Source: Archangium sp. (GTDB lineage: Bacteria > Myxococcota > Myxococcia > Myxococcales > Myxococcaceae). From it: a DNA stretch of 21,583 nt. A program made the position numbers and the translations under genes. Shown in pieces: positions 15,654-21,583 of this stretch. The notes beneath the pieces are model-generated. The model was not told where the DNA came from, made no database searches, and saw only the letters and a list, made by a program, of their open reading frames with translations. Positions within the stretch are counted from its first letter, which is position 1, and each line of letters starts with the position of its first letter. The stretch lies in assembly GCA_031367385.1 (NCBI GenBank), contig JANLPS010000474.1, positions 1-21,583 of the forward strand, given 5' to 3'.

Positions 15654-18428
15654 TCACCGGTGCGCGAGCCACTGCTCGAGCACACGCAGGTCATGAGCCC
15701 CCTGGGCCCCCGCTTCAGTCAGCGTCTTTCGCGCCTGCACCAGCAGCGTCTCGGCACGCGCACGGTCTGAGCGGGCCTCCCACAGGGCACGGGCGAGCCA
15801 AAATTGAGCACTCGCCACTTGCACCGCGGGCGCCACCCCTTTTTCACGCAGGCGCACGGCTCGCTCGAAGAGCGGTATCGCCTCGCCCGCTCGTCGCTGC
15901 AGCGCCACCTGCCCCAGCCCCAGCAGGTCGAGCGAACACCCGACATTGGTTGGCCCCAGCGTGGCTTCATCGATGCGCAAAGCTTCACTGAAGCTCTTTT
16001 GGGCCGCGGCACCATCGCCGTTGGCCAGCTGCGCGACGCCGAGCGCGTTGAGGGCCAGCGCCGCGATCGGGTCTCGGCCCAGCCGCAACGCGATGTCGAC
16101 CGCGCGGTGGCACCACGTCATCGCCTCGGCCGGCCGGTTCATTTGCACGAAGAGCGTGCAGAGCCCGATGCCGACCACGCCCGGGGCTCGCCGGTCGGCT
16201 CCGATGGTGCGCTCGAAGATCGAATACGCGCGGGTGTAGAGCGCCAGGGCCTCGTCTTCGCGCGACAGGCTCTGCAACGAGGTGCCGAGGTTGTTCAAGA
16301 TCAGCGCGGTGTCGGGGTGGTCAACGCCGAGGCCTTTTTCCGCCAACGCCAAGGCCCGCTGGAGCGCGACCACCGACTCCTCGACCTTGCCTTGGTTGCC
16401 CAGCGCCACTGCCAGGTCGTCCCACGCGGAGAGCACGGCGGGGTTGTCAGCGCCGTGCAACTTCTCTCGCAGCACCAACACCTCTCGCGCCGAGACCTCG
16501 GCTTCGGCGAAGCGGTTTTCGTTGAGCAGCGCGGAGGTCAGCGTTTGCCGGTACCCCACCTCGAGCCGCAGCGGTGCGCCCGCCTTCTCGGAGAGCGCCT
16601 GCGACATCAGCGCCGAATGGCGGCCCTCGGAGGTGTGCTGCAGGTTCTTGACCTGAAGCGCTGAAACCCAGCCCCAGAGGTCGGACCCCAGCGGTGCCGC
16701 GCCCGCTTGCTCTGCGTGAAAGATGCCTTGGTACAACACCTTCTCGGCCTCTTCAGGAGGCGCTGCGAAAAACAGAATGCGCCCAAGCTCGAGCTCGGCT
16801 TCGGCCGCAGCCAAGGGGTCATGCAACGCCGACGCAGCGACAACCTGTGCCTGCGCGAGCTCGCGTGCCTTCGAGTACTGAGCAGTCGCCGCCAGTGCGC
16901 CGGCCTCTGCCAACGCGGTGCGCAGCGTTGCCAACGCCGACGACTCGGTCTCGGGCCGCTCGGTGCTGGTCTCGCAGGCCTCTGGCGCGTCGAGCGTCGC
17001 GGTGGCGTTGGGCGCATGCCGCACGGCCTCGTCATCGGCCTTCAAGAGCGTCGCAACCAGTGCCTGCATCGAGCGGCGCTGATGATCGAGGCAGGCCATG
17101 CGGGCGTCGAGCATCAGGGGCGATTGATCTCCGCGAACCCAGGTGCCCTCGCAGATGCGCTGCTGGGCGAGCACCCACTTGCTCGAGATCTGGTCGAGGT
17201 TTCGGGCGGTCGCTTCGAAGAAGCTCGACCCCGCGGGCACTCGCGCGAAGACCCGGCCCAGCTGCTCGCGAAGCGACGCGTCCCACACGCCGGAGAGCCG
17301 CTCGGGCGCGGGCGCGCACGAATGCACCGGGCCCCTCGACAGCGCTGCGATGACGAACACACCAACGGTCAGCGTCGCCGCCACCAGCAAGCCGCGCAGC
17401 CTCCACGCCGAGCGACGCCGGGGGTCGAGCGCCCGCAACAGCGCTCCCATGCTCGGGTATCGCCGGGCGGGGTCGTGCTGAAGACCCCTGCGCAGCACCC
17501 GAAACACCCAGGCCGGCGTGTCACCCTGGCGCGGCTGAAGGGGCGATTTTTCGGTGGCCCAGGCGAGCTCGGCGATGCTGACTCCGGCGAAGGCGGGCTT
17601 TCGGTAGAGCGCCTCGAACAGGGCTGCGCAAAAGCTGAATTGATCTGACGGGGCGGTCGCCGGTCGACCCGCGAGCTGTTCGGGCGCCATGAACGCGGGA
17701 GTGCCGACGAAGGTCAGCGGCGCCTCACCAGTCGAGCTGCTGCTGCCGCTCGTCGGCATGGCCAAGCCGAAGTCACTCACCCGGCCCTTGCCATCGTCAC
17801 CGACGAGCAGGTTGGCGGGCTTGATGTCGCGGTGAACGAGGTTGGCTGCATGGGCGGCCTCCAAGCCACGGCCGGCGGCAGCGAAGCACGCGACGATGGC
17901 CTGCCACCCCGGTGCGGAGCGCCTGACCCAGGCCTCGACGTTCCCATTGGCGACCAGCTCCATCGCGATGAAGAGGCTGCCGCGAAACAGGCCGACATCG
18001 TGCACCGCGACGACGTTGGGGTGTGAGAGCCTGGCCATCGACTGCGCCTCTCGGCTCGACGAAGGGCCGGCCGCGTCTCCGATGCGCCGCAAGACGTCGG
18101 CGCGAACCAGCTTGAGCGCGACCTTGCGGTCGAGCTGAGGGTCGTAGGCGGCGTACACCACCGACCAGGCGCCCGCTCCCAGCACGTCGAGCACGATGTA
18201 CCGGCCAACGTGCTCACCGGGGTCGAGCAGCTCACCCGAGGCAGGCGCGTCGTTCTCTGATTCAGCCTCGCTCGAAGAAGCCGAGACCTGAATCAGCTGC
18301 GCCAACTTGACCCGGCAGTCATCACACCCATCGAGGTGCGCTTCGAGGGCTTGCATCGCGTCGTCGGTGCGCTCGCCGAACATCACCGAGCGCAAAGTCT
18401 GGGTGTCGAAGCAGGCCGTCACCGTCAT
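15654..18428 (-). CDS. Membrane Ser/Thr (Hanks-type) protein kinase with an N-terminal zf-HC2/ZAS motif, TM helix and C-terminal TPR array
   Basis: HLDGCDDC zinc motif; kinase motifs VALK, HRDIKPANLL, SDFGLA and GTPAFMAPE; TM GLLVAATLTVGVFVIAAL; TPRs (LGVDHPDTALILNNLG, ALNALGVA). Confidence 0.96.
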   Translation of the reverse strand: MTVTACFDTQTLRSVMFGERTDDAMQALEAHLDGCDDCRVKLAQLIQVSASSSEAESENDAPASGELLDPGEHVGRYIVLDVLGAGAWSVVYAAYDPQLDRKVALKLVRADVLRRIGDAAGPSSSREAQSMARLSHPNVVAVHDVGLFRGSLFIAMELVANGNVEAWVRRSAPGWQAIVACFAAAGRGLEAAHAANLVHRDIKPANLLVGDDGKGRVSDFGLAMPTSGSSSSTGEAPLTFVGTPAFMAPEQLAGRPATAPSDQFSFCAALFEALYRKPAFAGVSIAELAWATEKSPLQPRQGDTPAWVFRVLRRGLQHDPARRYPSMGALLRALDPRRRSAWRLRGLLVAATLTVGVFVIAALSRGPVHSCAPAPERLSGVWDASLREQLGRVFARVPAGSSFFEATARNLDQISSKWVLAQQRICEGTWVRGDQSPLMLDARMACLDHQRRSMQALVATLLKADDEAVRHAPNATATLDAPEACETSTERPETESSALATLRTALAEAGALAATAQYSKARELAQAQVVAASALHDPLAAAEAELELGRILFFAAPPEEAEKVLYQGIFHAEQAGAAPLGSDLWGWVSALQVKNLQHTSEGRHSALMSQALSEKAGAPLRLEVGYRQTLTSALLNENRFAEAEVSAREVLVLREKLHGADNPAVLSAWDDLAVALGNQGKVEESVVALQRALALAEKGLGVDHPDTALILNNLGTSLQSLSREDEALALYTRAYSIFERTIGADRRAPGVVGIGLCTLFVQMNRPAEAMTWCHRAVDIALRLGRDPIAALALNALGVAQLANGDGAAAQKSFSEALRIDEATLGPTNVGCSLDLLGLGQVALQRRAGEAIPLFERAVRLREKGVAPAVQVASAQFWLARALWEARSDRARAETLLVQARKTLTEAGAQGAHDLRVLEQWLAHR

Positions 18429-19318
18429 GGGGCGTGCGAGACCGACGTCTTGAGCAGGCGGTTCAAGCTCAAGTCGAGCTCGGTGCCCACGAAGTCGAGC
18501 AGGCTCTCGACCTCGCGGCCAGACAGCTCGAGCTTCTGCGCCAACGCACGCCGAATGCCCTCGGCCAGGGCCTTTCGGGCCGCGGTCAGCCAGCGAAAGA
18601 CCGTGGTCTTGTGGGTTCGGTAGAACGCGCCCATCTGCTCGATGTTGAGGCCATCGATGACATGCATGCGCAGGAGCGTTCGTTCTCGTGGGGTCAGCCC
18701 GGCGAACGCGGTCTCGAAGGCCTGCCGAAAGTCGTTGCCGTGAAGCCGGCGAATGAGCTCGAGCTCGACGTCACCGACCGGCGTTGCCGAGGCCAGCGAG
18801 CGGGTCTCGAGCTGGGCGCGACGGTCGGCATTTCGCTTCTGGGTCAGCACTCCGTGAAGGGCGGTGGCCCGCAACCAGTGCAGCAGGGGGGCCCGCCCCG
18901 CGTACTGCGCGATGCCTGGCGGGCGACCGTTCGGGCCTGGCAGCACCAGTTGCTCGGTGAGCGTGGCGATCAGCTCGTCGCTGGTGACCGAGCCTTGGTT
19001 GACCCGCCGAAGTGAGTCACACACCGCCGGGAGCAGCTCGCGCGTCAGGTGCTCGATGCCCGCGTGGCTCCCCGCTGCGCACGCGGTCGCCAGGTAGAGG
19101 TCAGAGAGCGCCAATTTTTCAAGTTGGGCGTCGAGCGGCCCAGGCTCGAGGCTCTTGCACAGGGCCTGGGCAAAGGCCTCGGGGGCGACGTTGAGGGTCG
19201 GCCAGCTCGCTCGTGCTGATCGCAGCGTGCGCTCGAAGGTCGCCTGAACGCCCGCGACGCCCTCTGCCGAGACGGGCGCCCCGAGTGCGGCCACGAGCGC
19301 GTCGGTCTCCAGAGCCAT
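18425..19318 (-). CDS. ECF-type sigma-70 factor of the kinase-associated Myxococcales family (TIGR03001-like)
   Basis: RASWP, SDLYLATACAAG and YAGRAPLLHWLR motifs; region 4 LTPRERTLLRMHVIDGLNIEQMGAFYRTHKTTVFRWL; C-terminal SELDLSL-like end (TELDLSL). ATGA overlap with the kinase. Confidence 0.92.
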   Translation of the reverse strand: MALETDALVAALGAPVSAEGVAGVQATFERTLRSARASWPTLNVAPEAFAQALCKSLEPGPLDAQLEKLALSDLYLATACAAGSHAGIEHLTRELLPAVCDSLRRVNQGSVTSDELIATLTEQLVLPGPNGRPPGIAQYAGRAPLLHWLRATALHGVLTQKRNADRRAQLETRSLASATPVGDVELELIRRLHGNDFRQAFETAFAGLTPRERTLLRMHVIDGLNIEQMGAFYRTHKTTVFRWLTAARKALAEGIRRALAQKLELSGREVESLLDFVGTELDLSLNRLLKTSVSHAP

Positions 19319-19505
19319 GCGTCTTCATCTCAAAAAAGGAGAACGGAGTCGACGGCACGCCAGGTGACGAGGCGGTGGGCGATCACTGCAGGGGGCACTT
19401 CGTCGTGTCACCCGCCAGACCAGCGTCGCCATCGAGCAGAACCGCGAGCCTCATCGCCTCCAAGACCGTGGTGCATTGCCCCGGCGATCGCGCAAAGCTG
19501 CGGCG

Positions 19506-20759
19506 GTGCATCGACTCGCCACACCGCTCTGCTTCGTCATCGCCTGCACCGGCAACGTCGGGCCGCTCGCAGACGCAGGGCACCCCCCCGGCGCCCTCGA
19601 TTCTGGCATCGCGCAACCCGGCGATGCGGGCACTGACGCAGGAGCACCACCGCTTGACGCAGGGCCCTTCGACGCCGGCCGCCCTGACGCGGGCCGCGTC
19701 TCGGTCATCGTGGCGATCGGCAAGATGGGCCGCCGCACGGTCTCCTGCGACGACGGGCTGACTTGGGCCTTCGACTTCGCGGTCGACGAGCTGCTGCCTC
19801 CGAGTGAACGCTACCCATGTGGGTCGGGCGACCACCCCTTGCCCGACGGCGGCGTGATCAGCACCGAGTGCTTTCACCACCCGTGGGCCACCACCGGCAT
19901 CGCGTTCGGTGACGGCACGTTCGTCGCGTCGTGGGGCCACGGCCAACCCGGCACGGTCAGCCGCTCGGCCGACGGCGTTCACTGGCAAGACGTGCTCGCC
20001 GGGCCGCAGGTCGCCACGATGCTCTTCAACAACGGCGTCTTTCTCGGCGGCTCAAAGCGCTCGATCATCTCGACCGACCTCGGCGCCACGTGGGATGCGG
20101 GCGTGCTGATCGACTTCACCAACGGCAGCTACTCCATCACCAACTGCCGGTCGGGCGTCTCCGGCAGCCGCGACGCGGGCACCTTCGTCTTGGCCGCCGG
20201 AGAGGGCATCAACTTCGACTTCGCCGTCACCCACGACCGCCTGCTCGCCGCATGGCATCGCCCGATCATGACCGACGGAGGCCGCGTCGACCTCTGCGGT
20301 TCGCCACCGTTCGCCTCAGGCAACGGCGTGCTGGTGGGCATGTCACCCGGCGGCATCGCCTGCCGCTCAACCGACGACGGCGAGACGTGGGACGCCGTCG
20401 GCCTCGCGCCGTTCATGACGGCTCCGGTCTGGTCGGGCACCGCATTCGCTGCCTGGAGCAACGGCGGAGGCCCTCGCCTCTTCAAGTCTGTCGACGGCGC
20501 CACCTGGTCGACGACGCCCATCTCAACGGTGCTCTCAGATGGCGGAGAGCTCGGCAATCTCCAGCTCGGCCAAGTGGGGGTGACGCCTGGCGGGGCCTAC
20601 GTCGCAGTCGTCGGCGCGTATCAAGGGCAGCTCTTCTTGCGCAGCACCGACGGCGTTCTCTGGCGCGCGTTACCGGCCGGAGCCTTCAACCCAAGCCACC
20701 CCATCGACTTCTTCGCCTCGGGCGACGCGGTGGCGTCAGATGTGTGCCCAGCGAAGTAA
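19506..20759 (+). CDS. Asp-box/BNR-repeat lipoprotein with an N-terminal DAG-repeat linker
   Basis: Probable GTG start at 19506 gives MHRLATPLCFVIAC. Linker DAG...DSG...DAGTDAG...DAGPFDAGRPDAG. Asp-boxes SCDDGLTW, SADGVHW, STDLGATW, STDDGETW, SVDGATW and STDGVLW. Confidence 0.87.
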   Translation: MHRLATPLCFVIACTGNVGPLADAGHPPGALDSGIAQPGDAGTDAGAPPLDAGPFDAGRPDAGRVSVIVAIGKMGRRTVSCDDGLTWAFDFAVDELLPPSERYPCGSGDHPLPDGGVISTECFHHPWATTGIAFGDGTFVASWGHGQPGTVSRSADGVHWQDVLAGPQVATMLFNNGVFLGGSKRSIISTDLGATWDAGVLIDFTNGSYSITNCRSGVSGSRDAGTFVLAAGEGINFDFAVTHDRLLAAWHRPIMTDGGRVDLCGSPPFASGNGVLVGMSPGGIACRSTDDGETWDAVGLAPFMTAPVWSGTAFAAWSNGGGPRLFKSVDGATWSTTPISTVLSDGGELGNLQLGQVGVTPGGAYVAVVGAYQGQLFLRSTDGVLWRALPAGAFNPSHPIDFFASGDAVASDVCPAK

Positions 20760-20776
20760 ACACCTGCTGGCGGTAC

Positions 20777-20802
20777 CGTGACGTCTGACACGCGTGACGT
20801 CT
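20777..20802 (+). promoter_or_regulatory. Tandem direct repeat CGTGACGTCT x2, candidate enhancer-binding-protein site
   Basis: Identical 10-mers at 20777-20786 and 20793-20802, about 85-110 bp upstream of the -24 element. Confidence 0.45.
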
Positions 20803-20885
20803 CGCCAACGAAATTCTGAAGTGGGAAACTGACGAGGAGGCGCATGTGGGCAGCCGAATCGCAGTGAATCACTGGGGCCGCGCGA

Positions 20886-20901
20886 CGGCACCCGGGTTGC
20901 T
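20886..20901 (+). promoter_or_regulatory. Sigma54 (-24/-12) promoter
   Basis: CGGCAC-CCGGG-TTGCT against consensus TGGCAC-N5-TTGCW, with exact GG-N10-GC spacing. Lies 36 nt upstream of the ATG at 20938. Confidence 0.72.
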
Positions 20902-20937
20902 GCACAAGACGCACACCTCTCTCCCCTTGGAGCTTCC

Positions 20938-21583
20938 ATGCACCGCTTTCTCGTCGTGACCACATTCGTTCTCAGTGCCTGCGGTTCGCAGCGCACACCC
21001 GTCACCTCGAAGGTCGTCAGCTACCTCGCGACCTCATCATGCTCAGCGCACGCAGCGAAAGACGCGTGCTCGGCCGACTCGGCCTGCTCGTGGCTCAACA
21101 CCGCGTGCCCCGCGGGTGAAAAATGCCCGGCCGGCGTCTGCGCGGCGAATGACTCGTGCAGCGCGCGAGAAGACGCGAAGTCATGCGAGGTCGACTCGAA
21201 GTGCGGCTGGTCGAAGTCTGAGAAGCTCTGCCCGGCCGGCGCCTCGTGCGAGAGTGGGGGGTACTGTCACGCGCGCGACTCCGACGGCTCTTCGTGTGCG
21301 TGCGTCAGCCCCGCGTACTGTCCCGCCGGCGCGGCGTGCCCTCCGATGGAGTGCGATTGCGGCGGTGGCACAGGCGGCACCGGCACCGGGGTGTGTACGT
21401 GTGCGTGCAAGGCGTGTCTGCCGGGAGAGACCTGCGAGCCCTGCGCGTGTGACTGCGCGCCTCCGACCACGGGCACCGGGTGTCTCGACACCGGCACGTG
21501 CGCGTGTGCATGCCCGGTGTGCGCGCCTGGTGAGAGCTGCCCGCCGTGCGCGTGTGATTGCGTCGCTCCGGGCAGCGTGTCGA
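20938..21583 (+). CDS. Cysteine-rich repeat lipoprotein; C-terminus runs off the window (absent from the ORF track)
   Basis: GGAG RBS then ATG. MHRFLVVTTFVLSAC lipobox. Open to the window end, with 36 Cys in the 215 visible codons arranged in two repeat types. Confidence 0.9.
   Translation, partial: MHRFLVVTTFVLSACGSQRTPVTSKVVSYLATSSCSAHAAKDACSADSACSWLNTACPAGEKCPAGVCAANDSCSAREDAKSCEVDSKCGWSKSEKLCPAGASCESGGYCHARDSDGSSCACVSPAYCPAGAACPPMECDCGGGTGGTGTGVCTCACKACLPGETCEPCACDCAPPTTGTGCLDTGTCACACPVCAPGESCPPCACDCVAPGSVS

Noticed and set aside
19570..19700. GACGCnGG-like DNA repeats
   Set aside because: They simply encode the DAG low-complexity linker common in myxobacterial lipoproteins and are not an independent DNA element.
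20834..20867. GAGGAGG followed by a mini-ORF MWAAESQ*
   Set aside because: The SD-to-ATG spacing is only 3 nt and it lies upstream of the predicted sigma54 start site. There is no other support.

Overview
GC-rich bacterial chromosomal window, most likely from Myxococcota (inferred from a Myxococcales-type ECF sigma factor/Ser-Thr kinase pair, Asp-Ala-Gly low-complexity linkers and many lipoproteins). About 14 genes are supported. In order: two tandem SPFH genes with an upstream membrane protein; a ~2170-aa multi-repeat surface lipoprotein; a START-domain protein; a trypsin-like lipoprotein lacking the catalytic Ser; a broken FAD-dependent oxidoreductase; an Asp-box propeller lipoprotein; a candidate MACPF/CDC-fold lipoprotein followed by two coupled unknown ORFs; an ECF sigma factor with a ZAS-kinase-TM-TPR partner; a second Asp-box lipoprotein; and a Cys-rich lipoprotein behind a sigma54-type promoter. 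The most notable items are the putative pore-forming lipoprotein module (13351-15644), a perfect 28-bp inverted repeat enclosing a start codon just upstream of it, the pseudo-protease, and a palindromic deletion junction. No rRNA, tRNA, CRISPR array or transposase was seen. All family calls come from manual motif reading, not database searches.
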